A DNA stretch of 64,000 nucleotides from Candidatus Poseidoniales archaeon (GCA_038116375.1 JAYNUQ010000008.1:305-64304), one strand, 5' to 3'. Positions 35,685-45,699 are shown, numbered from the stretch's first letter. The notes: generated by a model not told the origin, from the sequence alone. Translations and numbers: made by a program.

Positions 35685-36099
35685 GCGTAAACTGGAACAC
35701 CAACCAGCGCATCATCAACCAAATGATAACGCCCCACGCCAAGAGGTTGGCTGCACCCATCCAGTAGAGCTGGCCGGGGAACGCAGAAGCCAGCCAGCCG
35801 ATGGTGATGCTTGAACCTGCTAAACTCGTGAAATACACGGGCAGTGCCGTGGACAGCGTCCAACGAACAGGTTTCCGGTTGTCAAACGTAAACGAGCGAT
35901 GAACAAAGTGCGCCAATACACCGGTGGCACCCCAACAAAGACCCCACAGCAGGCGAACATCCATCGAAGAAAAGACGACCATGAGGGCCGTCCACGAGAG
36001 AAAGAACAGCACGCTGTTGAACCCACCAGCGATTCCAAACCGAACCAGTGTCCCCCGTGGGACCAAGCGGTCAAACCGCTCCATGAAGTCAGTCGTCAT
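35647..36099 (-). CDS. GtrA-like four-TM membrane protein (polysaccharide/glycolipid translocation family)
   Basis: [17 protein letters not shown] ... HRSFTFD, four hydrophobic helices, about 150 aa. Confidence 0.6.
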   Translation of the reverse strand: MTTDFMERFDRLVPRGTLVRFGIAGGFNSVLFFLSWTALMVVFSSMDVRLLWGLCWGATGVLAHFVHRSFTFDNRKPVRWTLSTALPVYFTSLAGSSITIGWLASAFPGQLYWMGAANLLAWGVIIWLMMRWLVFQFTPTPHASQALQAE

Positions 36100-36913
36100 T
36101 GGTCACCACGTCGCTGGGTTTCCCCGTCAACATCTCCCTCAGGGCGGCGTTGTCTGCTTGCATGGCGTCCATGAAGGCGTATTTCACGCCCAACTCTTCA
36201 GCGAGGACGCCCAATGCGGAACTGTCTTTTGGCAGGCATTTCCCACCAAATCCACGCCGTAATCCGAAAATGGGGTCGAGATGTGAAGGTCCGATCGGTT
36301 GGGCTTGTTCTGCCGTGATGATGTCCCTGATGGCATACCAGTCTTCGCCCATTCCTTCACAAATATCGTACATTTGATTGGCGAAAATAACCTTGAGCGC
36401 ATAGAACGTGTTCTTCGTGTACTTTACCAGTTCAGCCTGCGTGGGCGACACTTGGAAAAATTGTTCTTTTCGCATGACCCCTGCTTCTTTGTGGTGTTGG
36501 AATACGAGGTTGGCCACCTCCTCGTGATGGGTTCCCACCACCAGAATGTCTTGGTTGGCAAAATCCTCGAGGCGTCGCCGTTCAACCAAAAATTCGGGAG
36601 AGTATGCGATGTTGAGATGACGGTAGCGCTCGTGATACAACTGGGTTGTACCTGGAACAACCGTGCTTTTGATGACGGCCGTAAATCCGTCGGGGAGGGC
36701 GTCGAGAACGCCCTCGACGATGCTGGTATCGCACGCGCCGGTTTCGGGGTGCGGGGGGGTGGGAACGGCAATGTACGCCATGTCAACGTTGTCGATGACG
36801 TCGCTGAGTTGCGTACCTCTCGCAGGGTCGTGAACGAACAGTTCGTGGGCCTCACCAAAGCAGTGCTCAATGGCCCCTCCGACCATGCCCGCCCCAATGA
36901 TTCCAATTTTCAT
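36089..36913 (-). CDS. UDP-glucose/GDP-mannose dehydrogenase-family protein, short form lacking the C-terminal nucleotide-sugar-binding domain
   Basis: [14 protein letters not shown] (Rossmann fold), [14 protein letters not shown], catalytic-Cys motif GGKCLPKD. Only 274 aa. Confidence 0.65.
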   Translation of the reverse strand: MKIGIIGAGMVGGAIEHCFGEAHELFVHDPARGTQLSDVIDNVDMAYIAVPTPPHPETGACDTSIVEGVLDALPDGFTAVIKSTVVPGTTQLYHERYRHLNIAYSPEFLVERRRLEDFANQDILVVGTHHEEVANLVFQHHKEAGVMRKEQFFQVSPTQAELVKYTKNTFYALKVIFANQMYDICEGMGEDWYAIRDIITAEQAQPIGPSHLDPIFGLRRGFGGKCLPKDSSALGVLAEELGVKYAFMDAMQADNAALREMLTGKPSDVVTNDD

Positions 36914-36928
36914 GTCGCTCCTTCCTGT

Positions 36929-37675
36929 TCACCGATGAGGCGTAGGGTCAAGTTTCCCGTCTTTGGCCATTTGCGAGGCCTGTAAGAGCGAATCCGGGGT
37001 TCCGCAATCCACCCATGTCTCTTCGCCAATGGATACCAATCGAGCATCACCTTGCTTGATGTAGATTCGGTTGATATCTGATATGGAGAACGCTTCGCCT
37101 TTCTTCTTTTCTTGGTCATCCAAGTATGTCCAAAAACGCTCGTCAAACAAGTAGATGCCTCCAACGGCCATGTTTGAGGGGGGGGCAGAGGGCTTCTCTT
37201 CGATATCGGAAAGGGCTCCATGCGCATCAAAAACGGCGACACCAAACGCTTCTGGGTGTTCTTCCTCACGGGCGATCAACAAGCAGCCTGGCGGGCTGTC
37301 TGCTTCTGCAAAGGCCGTGACATGCTCCCCAAATTCAATCGTGGTGATGTTGTCAGAAAAGTACACCATCAATCGGGCATTTTCATTGTAGGGTCGGGCC
37401 AAGTTGAGAGCGTGGGCGACACCAAGGGGTTCCTCTTCAATTACGTAGTGAATGCGTTCTCCCGGCAAACCCTGTCCCACATGGCTTGCAATTTGGTCAA
37501 CGAAGCGATTCGAGATGATGGTGATGTCTTTGATGCCGGCACGGCGAATGGTGCCCAAGGCGTAATCGATCACCGGTCGGTTGTGCAGGGGGAGGAGTGT
37601 TTTTTGCGTGTATTGGGTGAAAGGGTGGAGCCGTGAACCGTGGCCGCCTGCGACCAGGATGGCTTTCACCGTCAT
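36929..37675 (-). CDS. Sugar-1-phosphate nucleotidyltransferase (glucose-1-phosphate thymidylyl/uridylyl-transferase family)
   Basis: KAILVAGGHGSRLHPFTQYTQKTLLPLHNRPVIDYAL, EEPLGVAHAL. Confidence 0.75.
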   Translation of the reverse strand: MTVKAILVAGGHGSRLHPFTQYTQKTLLPLHNRPVIDYALGTIRRAGIKDITIISNRFVDQIASHVGQGLPGERIHYVIEEEPLGVAHALNLARPYNENARLMVYFSDNITTIEFGEHVTAFAEADSPPGCLLIAREEEHPEAFGVAVFDAHGALSDIEEKPSAPPSNMAVGGIYLFDERFWTYLDDQEKKKGEAFSISDINRIYIKQGDARLVSIGEETWVDCGTPDSLLQASQMAKDGKLDPTPHR

Positions 37676-37711
37676 GAAAGGGAAACCAACGGAGGCGGCT
37701 TTAGAAGATGC

Positions 37712-38434
37712 TCATGTGTTTTCGTTTTCTTGTCCCTTTTCCATCAATTCCCGAAGGGCACCGTCTTTGGGGTTTCGCTCGAACCATCCGCTGGCGACGA
37801 GGTCGCCAAGACGCTCAATGCCCTCCTCGACCATGTCCATGTCGCGCTCTTCGGCGATGTCCCATTGGCGCTGCGCTTCCACAGCATAGTGCTGATTGGC
37901 CTCTTCAACCAAGCGTTCGGAAACCCGCAGTTCGTCTTCAAGACCTTCGTAGTCACCCTCGTGAAGAGAGGCATCGGTGCGTTCCACCGTGGGGTTGATG
38001 TCTGCCCCGTCGTCGTCAAAGGCTGGGCCCTTCTCATCCGTCCCACGCGTTCGTAGATACGGCTGGTTGGTCGTCATGCGACCGACGGTGGTTGATGCAA
38101 ACGCCAGATGAAGATGGTCGGCTTCTGCAAGGTTCAGGTCAATCCCGTGCAGTTCATTCCAGCCAAACTCAATGCTGTCGAGTAAACCCGTCAACCGCTC
38201 TTGCAGGGTTTTGTTTCGATGCAAACTGAACCAGAGCATGATGAACCCAAGGGCGACCGGAATGGACAGGAACTGAACAATTTGGAGCGCGTCAACGCCT
38301 TGGAAAAAAGCGAAGATGGCGTAGGCATCTGCGAGGACGACCACGGCCCACAACACGATGGCTCTGTTTCGCTTGCTGACTCGTTCTTGTGCAAAGAACT
38401 GCTCAATCAGCGATTTGTTGTCCACCACGACCAC
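37712..38434 (-). CDS. Hypothetical two-TM protein with acidic C-terminal domain (240 aa)
   Basis: TM segments AIVLWAVVVLADAYAIFAFF and FLSIPVALGFIMLWF. The GTG start directly abuts the upstream stop codon. No family recognised. Confidence 0.45.
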   Translation of the reverse strand: MVVVDNKSLIEQFFAQERVSKRNRAIVLWAVVVLADAYAIFAFFQGVDALQIVQFLSIPVALGFIMLWFSLHRNKTLQERLTGLLDSIEFGWNELHGIDLNLAEADHLHLAFASTTVGRMTTNQPYLRTRGTDEKGPAFDDDGADINPTVERTDASLHEGDYEGLEDELRVSERLVEEANQHYAVEAQRQWDIAEERDMDMVEEGIERLGDLVASGWFERNPKDGALRELMEKGQENENT

Positions 38435-38746
38435 CTAACGTTGTGCGATGGTTCGAATTTTATCGAGTGTTTCCTCGTTCAGTTCCGTCTCGGCATTCCA
38501 TCCCATGTCTTTGAGGCCGTTGGCGATGCTGGCCTCAACGATGGTGTTCATTCGTTCCACGGCATACTGGAAGAGAAGACCGCACATCAACACCGTTGCA
38601 AGGCCAAATTCCCACCGCGTGAGTGCGGCGACGACCACGCCAATGAGCACAATGCCAATTCCAGAAGGCACCAAGCGCGAATTCAGTTTTGCGCTGGAGG
38701 CGTGAGCATCGAGAATGCGTTGTGCCCCTTCCTTTTTGCCCGCCAT
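38435..38746 (-). CDS. Hypothetical small two-TM protein (103 aa)
   Basis: Start taken at MAGKKEG (38746). TM segments GIGIVLIGVVVAAL and LATVLMCGLLFQYAV. Confidence 0.45.
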   Translation of the reverse strand: MAGKKEGAQRILDAHASSAKLNSRLVPSGIGIVLIGVVVAALTRWEFGLATVLMCGLLFQYAVERMNTIVEASIANGLKDMGWNAETELNEETLDKIRTIAQR

Positions 38747-38765
38747 GGTGGTTGGATGAAATTCC

Positions 38766-39374
38766 TCAAGGTGAAGATGCCGCTTCCTCAGACAACCAGG
38801 CGTTGACCTCAGCGAAGGTGTCGGAGAGGGGCCGTTCTTGCCCCCCACCGTCTTGTACGAGCACGCTGTCGTTCATGGTGAAATGACCTCGGGGTTGAGC
38901 GATCAAGTGCTGCAGAAGGTCACTCATCGCTCGTTGCATGTTCGCGGTTTGCTCCACCTGCATGTTGAGCAGACGTTCCATGCTGTCGAAGACCACGTCG
39001 TTTCGCTCGTGCCGTGCTTCAAGTGCTCGTGATGCAGCAGTCATCGCTTCTTCCTGACGTTTGAGCAACTCCCTCGCTGCTGGACTGCCCACGGCATCAC
39101 GCCGCTGCAACTCCTCAATGGCGTTGTTCAATTCCAAATGCCGTCGGGTGAGGGCCCGCTCCAGTTCCTCAACCTGCGAATTTGCGGAGCGAAGTTGCTG
39201 TGCAAGCTCTCGACTGTCTCGATGCATCCGCCGAAGCTCGGCGCCATGATGCGTTGATTCAGACAAAAAAGCAACGACGATAGCGACGCCCAAGGCCATT
39301 TCAGGATGCACCATCATTGCCGTTGCTGAAAACCATGCCACACTGCCCCAAAAAACCGAACGTACGATGCCCAT
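38766..39374 (-). CDS. Hypothetical membrane-anchored coiled-coil protein (202 aa)
   Basis: N-terminal hydrophobic VFWGSVAWFSATAMMV and ALGVAIVVAFL. Then a long heptad-like helix ELRRMHRDSRELAQQLRSANSQVEELERALTRRHLELNNAIEELQRR. Confidence 0.45.
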   Translation of the reverse strand: MGIVRSVFWGSVAWFSATAMMVHPEMALGVAIVVAFLSESTHHGAELRRMHRDSRELAQQLRSANSQVEELERALTRRHLELNNAIEELQRRDAVGSPAARELLKRQEEAMTAASRALEARHERNDVVFDSMERLLNMQVEQTANMQRAMSDLLQHLIAQPRGHFTMNDSVLVQDGGGQERPLSDTFAEVNAWLSEEAASSP

Positions 39375-39430
39375 GTGGTTACATGGGGGGGCGGACATAA
39401 AGTCCGTCGTTGGGACTGCCGAGGGACCCC

Positions 39431-40078
39431 TCACTGCGGGATGAGAATGAAACAATCGTCGTCGACTTCCAAGACCATGCCGGTGCTCAGCAGGTGGTCA
39501 AGAGCCTCATCGGTCTCATGATCTTCAATGCTGGACGAGCGGGTGTGGTTGAAAATGACCTCCAAGGTGGCCACGGGCTCGCCGCTTGCCAAGGCTTGCT
39601 CAATGCTCATCACGACCGACTGGCAAGCGATGGCGAGAAGGGGATCGTCGGTGTTGGCCTCGGGCAGGAGGTCAAGGAAGATGTTGGACGGGTGCTGCTC
39701 TTGGTCTTCATTGGAGTTGGAAAGGGGTTCAGTTGCCCGCTCACCCAAACCCCGTAGGGCGTGGGGTTCGTTGAGGTCAAAGCAGTCAAACAGATTGCGT
39801 TGATGCGGATCTTCCTCCTCATCCGTCGTTGAATCACGCGGTTCCAAACGGCGTCCGAGGTCATCCAACCGCTGCAGACGCTGGTCGATCATCACCTTCT
39901 CCCTCAACAAATCAATGGCGATCAAATCCATCGTCATGTTCGCTTGTTCCACCAACCAGTCATGCACGTTCCACTGGGGATTCACGCCCATCATGGCATC
40001 GGCCAATTGACGAACTTCGTCGGGCAGGTCATCAAGAGAAACACGCCGTTCCTGCCTGTTTTTGTGCTCATCTGCCAT
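39431..40078 (-). CDS. Hypothetical acidic soluble protein (215 aa), possibly with a C-terminal winged-helix-like fold
   Basis: ATG 40078 is preceded by the SD AAGGAG at 5 nt. Very acidic middle region. The C-terminal ...DEALDHLLSTGMVLEVDDDCFILI resembles a wH recognition wing (weak). Confidence 0.45.
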   Translation of the reverse strand: MADEHKNRQERRVSLDDLPDEVRQLADAMMGVNPQWNVHDWLVEQANMTMDLIAIDLLREKVMIDQRLQRLDDLGRRLEPRDSTTDEEEDPHQRNLFDCFDLNEPHALRGLGERATEPLSNSNEDQEQHPSNIFLDLLPEANTDDPLLAIACQSVVMSIEQALASGEPVATLEVIFNHTRSSSIEDHETDEALDHLLSTGMVLEVDDDCFILIPQ

Positions 40079-40250
40079 GATTCTCCTTCCCACTTGACAG
40101 CCTATGAAACATCCCCCCGCCGTTCAAGAAATCCTCCCTTTTTCCAATCCAAACCCGAATCAACATGCCCATGCCAGTCTCCTTCTCGCGCCATTTCTCC
40201 GTTCCGTTGAAAGGGTCGCGTTCATGTAGAAGCGTCATGTGCGACGGTGC

Positions 40251-41432
40251 ATGAGTGACCATCGCATCACGGTTCTGCCAGGCGACGGGACGGGCCGAGA
40301 AGTGGCGCTTGAAGCCCAACGCATTCTCGACACCATCCAAGCACACTCCAATCACGGCTTTGTTCAAACGGTCATTCCCTGCGGTGGCGAACACTACAAA
40401 GCCACGGGAGAAGAATGGGCCGAAGGCTCGTTTGATTTTTGCAGAAACGAAACCGATGCCATCTTTTTGGGAGCCATAGGGTATCCGGGGGCACATCTTC
40501 CGAACGGCGATCTTGCTGGTGGATCCGTTATCCTCGGTCTGCGCAGCGGACTTGATCTCTATGCCAATGTCCGTCCCATCAAACTCTACGAAGGCGTTCC
40601 TCACAAAATCCACGGGGGGTTCCGACAAATTTGGGAGCCCGGCATGGTTGACATGACCATCCTTCGAGAGAACACGGAAGGGCTCTACCATGCTCTTCTT
40701 CGTCGCTCCGCCGACAGGGCTCAGGGCCGTGAGGAATACGAGCCCGAACCGATGACCTTCCCGGGCCTTGATGGAGAGGTTGCTTACGACCCACGCCCGA
40801 TTTCTCGCAACGGTTCGGAGCGCCTGATTCGTATGGGCTTTGAAATCGCAGAAACACGAAACGGCGCACCCGCCGATGGCGTTCGTCGAGTTTCCTGCAT
40901 CGACAAATCCAACGTTACGCGTGGATGTCAACTCTTCCGTTCGACGTTTGATGATGTCGCAGCAGAATATCCGGGCACGGAGGCTGATTACGGCTATATT
41001 GATGCGTTCATGCAGTGGATCACGCGGTCCCCAGAACACTACGACACCGTGGTGACGTCGAACATGTTCGGCGACATCTCAACCGACCTCGGCGCTGTCC
41101 TTCAAGGGGGCATGGGCATGGCTGCCTCAGGCAACATTGGCGACGACCATGCCTTCTTCGAACCCGTTCACGGCTCCGCTCCAAAGCACGCCGGTCAAAA
41201 CAAAGTGAACCCCATTGCGTCCATCAACTCCGTTCAGATGATGATGGAATACCTTGGTCGCAAAACCAACGATGAGGATTTGATTGAGATCGGGCGCCTC
41301 ATCGATGAGAGCGTCGCTGAACACCTCAAGGCAGGCAACATGTTGACCTACGATTTGGGCGGAACAGCATCCTGCTCTGCCGTCGGAGAGAGCATTGCCC
41401 AGCGTCTTGCACAAAAACTCAGCGAGCGCTGA
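40251..41432 (+). CDS. Isocitrate/isopropylmalate dehydrogenase-family oxidative decarboxylase (tartrate/3-IPM dehydrogenase-like)
   Basis: ITVLPGDGTGREV, LRENTEGLY, NMFGDISTDLGAVLQGGMGMAASGNIG. Confidence 0.8.
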   Translation: MSDHRITVLPGDGTGREVALEAQRILDTIQAHSNHGFVQTVIPCGGEHYKATGEEWAEGSFDFCRNETDAIFLGAIGYPGAHLPNGDLAGGSVILGLRSGLDLYANVRPIKLYEGVPHKIHGGFRQIWEPGMVDMTILRENTEGLYHALLRRSADRAQGREEYEPEPMTFPGLDGEVAYDPRPISRNGSERLIRMGFEIAETRNGAPADGVRRVSCIDKSNVTRGCQLFRSTFDDVAAEYPGTEADYGYIDAFMQWITRSPEHYDTVVTSNMFGDISTDLGAVLQGGMGMAASGNIGDDHAFFEPVHGSAPKHAGQNKVNPIASINSVQMMMEYLGRKTNDEDLIEIGRLIDESVAEHLKAGNMLTYDLGGTASCSAVGESIAQRLAQKLSER

Positions 41433-41434
41433 AC

Positions 41435-42184
41435 TCATTCAGATTTGAGTGATTGGAGCATTTCCGACAGTCCCTCATCGAGAATTGTTTGGTGATTGTA
41501 GGCTGGGTCCTGAGGGATACGCCCTTCTTCATGAGCGATGTCCAGCATGTTGTTCAACGCTCTCGAAAGCTCATCCACAACGGTGATGCTCGCTTGTTGG
41601 GCCGAACGGGACAGTGGATTCAAATCGATGACGATCACGTCTTTTTTCATGGCGACCAACGCTTGACAGCGGTCCCCATCCTCAAGTGGAACGAGGATTG
41701 CATCGGCGTCCAATATGCCGTCCTTATGACACGCAGCCCTCGGCCCCTTCAGGCCTGGAATGGACGCATCAGGTGCATCACCATAAATGACAACATCAAG
41801 GTCAAGCGCCCTTTTTCGCTCGTTCATGTGGGTTAGAATGGCCGCCATGCGTTCGGGTGTTCGGTAGAAAATGTTCACTTCAACGGGACATTCCAAAGCC
41901 TCTGCTAAACGCAACATTTCATCGCAAGCCAGTGCAGCAACGTTCCCGTTGATGCTCAACACGGGTCGTTCAGCAGCTTGGAGTGTAGCAAGGGCCTGAC
42001 GAGCGGCCTTCATGGCGCTGGCCGTTGTTCGTTCGCCCAGAAGGTAGTCAAACGCCTCTCCACGACCGTGTGCAATCATGGCGCTGTCGGCCAGCATGCC
42101 TCGCTTGGCGGCCACTTCGAGCCGATGGCGCATCAACAACGAAGCATAACGTGGATGACTCGGGTCCGCCGCAATGTTGTCCAC
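41435..42184 (-). CDS. Archaeal 4-phosphopantoate--beta-alanine ligase (phosphopantothenate synthetase, COG1701)
   Basis: HPRYASLLMRHRL...MIAHGRGEAFDYLLGERT...PVLSINGNVAAL matches the archaeal PPS signature as I remember it. Confidence 0.75.
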   Translation of the reverse strand: MDNIAADPSHPRYASLLMRHRLEVAAKRGMLADSAMIAHGRGEAFDYLLGERTTASAMKAARQALATLQAAERPVLSINGNVAALACDEMLRLAEALECPVEVNIFYRTPERMAAILTHMNERKRALDLDVVIYGDAPDASIPGLKGPRAACHKDGILDADAILVPLEDGDRCQALVAMKKDVIVIDLNPLSRSAQQASITVVDELSRALNNMLDIAHEEGRIPQDPAYNHQTILDEGLSEMLQSLKSE

Positions 42185-42193
42185 GGTATCGCC

Positions 42194-43138
42194 TCACAGA
42201 CCTTTGACGAGCATGCTCACGTCCAAAGGCGATACGCCCCTGTTCACAACGCTTGTAGAAACAACATCCAATCCACACTCATGCCATGATTTGAGGTCGT
42301 TGAACACAATGCCGCCGCTGGCTTCCAAAACGACGTGTTCCCTCACGCCCTGGTCTTCCATCTGTTCGCTGACGGCTTTGCATTGTTCGGGCGTAAAGTT
42401 GTCGAGCATGACAACCAACCTCTCCAACCCTTCCGCAGGTCGTCGTTGGGACCAAACCATGGCCGCCATCAAGGCCTCCTTATCCGTGCGCGTCTCGACC
42501 TCAAGGAAGGCCCCAGTCGTGCTCATGTCCACTTCTTGAAGGTAGGTCACCAGGCGTTCAACGTGCGTATCGAGGTGCTCATGCATGGAAGCCAGGTCGT
42601 TTTCCTTCACCATCATGGCATCATCCTTGGAGAGGCGATGGGTCAACCCTCCACCCATGTGAACGGCCCATTTATCGAGCAGGCCCCAAACCGTCTTGCG
42701 CGTGCAGGCGATTTGCTTTGGAGCGATTGCGGACCATTTTTTCGTTTCCGTGGCGATTCCAGAAAGTTGTCCCAGGGCGTTGAGCGCGATCCGTTCGACG
42801 GCCAAAACATCGTCCCGACTGCCAGAAAACACGGCGACTTCGTCGCCCGAAGAGACCCGTTTTCCATCACCTGCGAACCAGGACACCCGTACGGAAGGTG
42901 CCCAAATTTGCAGGATGTAATCCACAACGGCGCAACCGACGATCAAACCGTCTGCCCGAGCAAAAACGGTGGCTTCGATGGACGGCCCGCCTCCAGAAAG
43001 GGGCATGTCGATGCCGTCATCACCCACCATGGCGCTGACCCATCGGTCAATGCTGGCCATCAATTTCCTGCTCGGCCCGTCTTCCATGGTCCACAGTTCA
43101 TGCCCACGGTCGTGAGGCAGGAGGGGGGCGTCGGCCAT
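42194..43138 (-). CDS. nadC: Nicotinate-nucleotide pyrophosphorylase (quinolinate phosphoribosyltransferase)
   Basis: ERIALNALGQLSGIAT, TRKTVWGL, KENDL, VEVETRT, VMLDNF, LEASGGI. Start taken at MADAPLL (43138). Confidence 0.8.
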   Translation of the reverse strand: MADAPLLPHDRGHELWTMEDGPSRKLMASIDRWVSAMVGDDGIDMPLSGGGPSIEATVFARADGLIVGCAVVDYILQIWAPSVRVSWFAGDGKRVSSGDEVAVFSGSRDDVLAVERIALNALGQLSGIATETKKWSAIAPKQIACTRKTVWGLLDKWAVHMGGGLTHRLSKDDAMMVKENDLASMHEHLDTHVERLVTYLQEVDMSTTGAFLEVETRTDKEALMAAMVWSQRRPAEGLERLVVMLDNFTPEQCKAVSEQMEDQGVREHVVLEASGGIVFNDLKSWHECGLDVVSTSVVNRGVSPLDVSMLVKGL

Positions 43139-43212
43139 GGTGAATGGAATGCGAACGTCCTCTTGAAAGCACCCCTCCAACGACCTTTTGACGCACACCT
43201 CATCGCGCGCCC

Positions 43213-44298
43213 ATGGCTCGTGTGACGGTGGTGGGGGCAGGCATTGCCGGTCTGACCGCCGCGCTCTATGCCGTGACTGCAGGCCATCATGTGGTGGTGT
43301 TGGACCGCACGAACCGACTTGGCGGTCGGGGGACATCGCAGACCGTTGAAGGGGCGCCGTTTGGATACGGTCTCCACCTGCTTCAAAAACGCGGGCCGCT
43401 GATGAAGGTCATCAAGAAAATCAGCCGTTTGCCGCTGGTGCTGTCTTCACCCCGTATGGACCGACTTCACGTGGTAGGAACGGGGCCGCTTCGTCCGCGC
43501 AACAACGTACGTCTGGCTGCCCAACTTCGGCGGGAACTGCGCCGCGCTGACCCTCAGTCGAACGCCGCCATGGGCGCCGCCTTCCTGGCCGGTTCAGGAC
43601 AGGTTCGTTTTGATGAGCGCTATGTTGCCCTGCAAAAACACCGTCTCGCCGTGGTTGGAGAGGGCTGGGCAGGGCTCGTTGGACGGATGGCTGCGGCGCT
43701 TGACGAGGTGGGTGTTCTCATTGAACCCAACTGTACGGTCACCTCCATTGAGCAAGGGTGCGTGATGCTCGAAGACGGGCGCAAATTCCAGAGCGATACC
43801 ATCGTGCTCGCAACAGGAAAGGCACAAGCAGCACGGTTGCTCAACCCGCTTGACGACGAGGCTCTTGAAGGGGTGAACTCGCATCGTGCCATGACTCTTG
43901 ACGTGTTGCTTTCTTCTCGTCCGCTCGGTGAACGACACGGTATCGTTGACGTTGACGAGGGCGCCTACATCGTCGACAAGGCGAACATCCAACCCAGACT
44001 GAACCTAACAGGCGCATTGCTTTCGGCCGTGATGATTGAACGTCCAAACGAATCCAGCGTTGAGCTTCAAGAACGATTCAATGTTTTTTTGGAACGCACG
44101 GCCAAGGGATGGCAACATCACGTCATCCATCAGCGAAAGCAAGACACCATCACGGTACAAACGTCAGGGAACAAGCCCGCCTACGATCGCTACAAAACAA
44201 GCGGCGTACTGCTGGCAGGAGAATGGGTCGAGAGCGACCATGTGCTCGCAGATGCAGCCGCTGCAACCGGCCGCCTGTGCGGGCAGAACATCCCTTGA
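43213..44298 (+). CDS. FAD/NAD(P)-binding oxidoreductase (amine oxidase/phytoene desaturase-like fold)
   Basis: N-terminal VTVVGAGIAGLTAALYAVTAGHHVVVLDRTNRLGGR. Confidence 0.6.
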   Translation: MARVTVVGAGIAGLTAALYAVTAGHHVVVLDRTNRLGGRGTSQTVEGAPFGYGLHLLQKRGPLMKVIKKISRLPLVLSSPRMDRLHVVGTGPLRPRNNVRLAAQLRRELRRADPQSNAAMGAAFLAGSGQVRFDERYVALQKHRLAVVGEGWAGLVGRMAAALDEVGVLIEPNCTVTSIEQGCVMLEDGRKFQSDTIVLATGKAQAARLLNPLDDEALEGVNSHRAMTLDVLLSSRPLGERHGIVDVDEGAYIVDKANIQPRLNLTGALLSAVMIERPNESSVELQERFNVFLERTAKGWQHHVIHQRKQDTITVQTSGNKPAYDRYKTSGVLLAGEWVESDHVLADAAAATGRLCGQNIP

Positions 44299-44331
44299 AC
44301 GCTTATTCACCGTCGCCGGCCACGGCGTAGC

Positions 44332-45111
44332 ATGCGCTTTGTTTCATGGAACGTGAACGGATTACGAGCCGCCATTCGAAAAGGAATCGACGACTACTTT
44401 GCATCGTTGAACGCTGACGTCATGATGCTTCAGGAAACACGGACCCTCCCCGAACAACTTCCCAAGGATTGGGCGTGGCCACAAGCATGGCAGGTTTCGC
44501 TTCATCCTGCAGAAAAAAAGGGGTACTCTGGGGTGGCAACCGGTACCGTAGGGTCCCATACTGTTCTCGCCACCGGAAAGGGCGGGACGATTGATGCGAA
44601 CGACCTTGAGGGGCGCGTCCTCGTTTGCGAATTCAACGGCGTGGTGTGCATCAACACCTACCTGCCAAGCGGTTCCAACAAAGAAGAGCGTCAGACCTTC
44701 AAGGAAGGTTGGATGGAGGAATGGCGTCAATTCATCCGACCCTACATGAACGACCATCGCCCGGTCGTGGTTTGCGGGGACCTCAACATCGCCCACACGG
44801 AAGATGACATTTGGAATCCCAAAGGGAATGCCAAAAATTCTGGCTTCCTCCCTCACGAGCGAGCATGGTTTTCTGACCTTCTCTCCGACGGATGGGTTGA
44901 CGCCTTTCGCGAACAAGCGGGCGAGGGCACGAAGATCTACTCCTGGTGGTCAAACCGAGGTCAGGCGAGAGCAAAGGACAGAGGATGGCGTATTGATTAC
45001 TTCCTCCTCAATCCAGCGGCGGCAGCGGCCTTAATCGACTGCACCATTGTGCGTCAGGGCGGTCTTGACGTTTCAGACCACGCACCCGTCGTCTTGGACC
45101 TTGACCTCTAA
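44332..45111 (+). CDS. xth: Exodeoxyribonuclease III (AP endonuclease, EEP fold)
   Basis: MRFVSWNVNGLRAA, MLQETR, GDLNIAH, SDHAPVV. Confidence 0.9.
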   Translation: MRFVSWNVNGLRAAIRKGIDDYFASLNADVMMLQETRTLPEQLPKDWAWPQAWQVSLHPAEKKGYSGVATGTVGSHTVLATGKGGTIDANDLEGRVLVCEFNGVVCINTYLPSGSNKEERQTFKEGWMEEWRQFIRPYMNDHRPVVVCGDLNIAHTEDDIWNPKGNAKNSGFLPHERAWFSDLLSDGWVDAFREQAGEGTKIYSWWSNRGQARAKDRGWRIDYFLLNPAAAAALIDCTIVRQGGLDVSDHAPVVLDLDL

Positions 45112-45467
45112 TCATCGGTTCGTCCGAACCGGTGGCGGAGTTTGGAAACCACCCAGTATGCACCGTCTCGTAGCGGGAGCGGAACCAGCCAAGCGAGTGG
45201 AAACCACATGGCGTAGTACCACTTCATGGTCAAAAGCAAACGAACGGCGCCGGCGGAACGCACGTAGGTTGTTCCGTTTCGAACCACGTAGAGCGAGTCC
45301 ATCTCCTGAAGACGTTGTGGAAAGGTGGCGATCATGGCCTGACCTTCCTCGGATTGGATGCCCACGATGTCCAACACCGCTCGGTTTGAGGTTCTCCGCC
45401 GCAAAAAGCGGGCAAGGCCATTGCACATGACACAATGAGCGTCAATGAGCACCGTGGTTTTGCTCAT
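45108..45467 (-). CDS. DCC-family thiol-disulfide oxidoreductase (DUF393)
   Basis: VLIDAHCVMCNGLARFL (the DxxCxxC motif), and C-terminal LRDGAYWVVSKLRHRFG. Start taken at MSKTTV (45467). Confidence 0.7.
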   Translation of the reverse strand: MSKTTVLIDAHCVMCNGLARFLRRRTSNRAVLDIVGIQSEEGQAMIATFPQRLQEMDSLYVVRNGTTYVRSAGAVRLLLTMKWYYAMWFPLAWLVPLPLRDGAYWVVSKLRHRFGRTDD

Positions 45468-45471
45468 GGTT

Positions 45472-45699
45472 TCACCCGTTGTGTTCCTCTTCCAGAGCGC
45501 TGAAGGCCACAAGCAACGCATCAACACGGTCTCGCAGCGCCTGGAGGTCGCGCTCCTGCACCTCAACAGACAACGTCGTTTCGTCATCGACCTGCTCAAG
45601 GAGGGGGGCGTGTCCGTGCTCACTCGCTGCAGCCGCGAGGGCTTTGGCGAGGGACGCATCGCCCGACCATCGGACCGTCATGACGTGGGCTTCTGTCAT
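45472..45699 (-). CDS. Small protein, possible KEOPS subunit Pcc1-like (75 aa)
   Basis: High GC3. The pattern ASLAKALAAAASEH...TLSVEVQERDLQALRDRVDALLVAFSALEE resembles archaeal Pcc1 (beta-alpha-beta-beta-alpha with ...ALRxxxNSxL...). Call is from memory only. Confidence 0.4.
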   Translation of the reverse strand: MTEAHVMTVRWSGDASLAKALAAAASEHGHAPLLEQVDDETTLSVEVQERDLQALRDRVDALLVAFSALEEEHNG

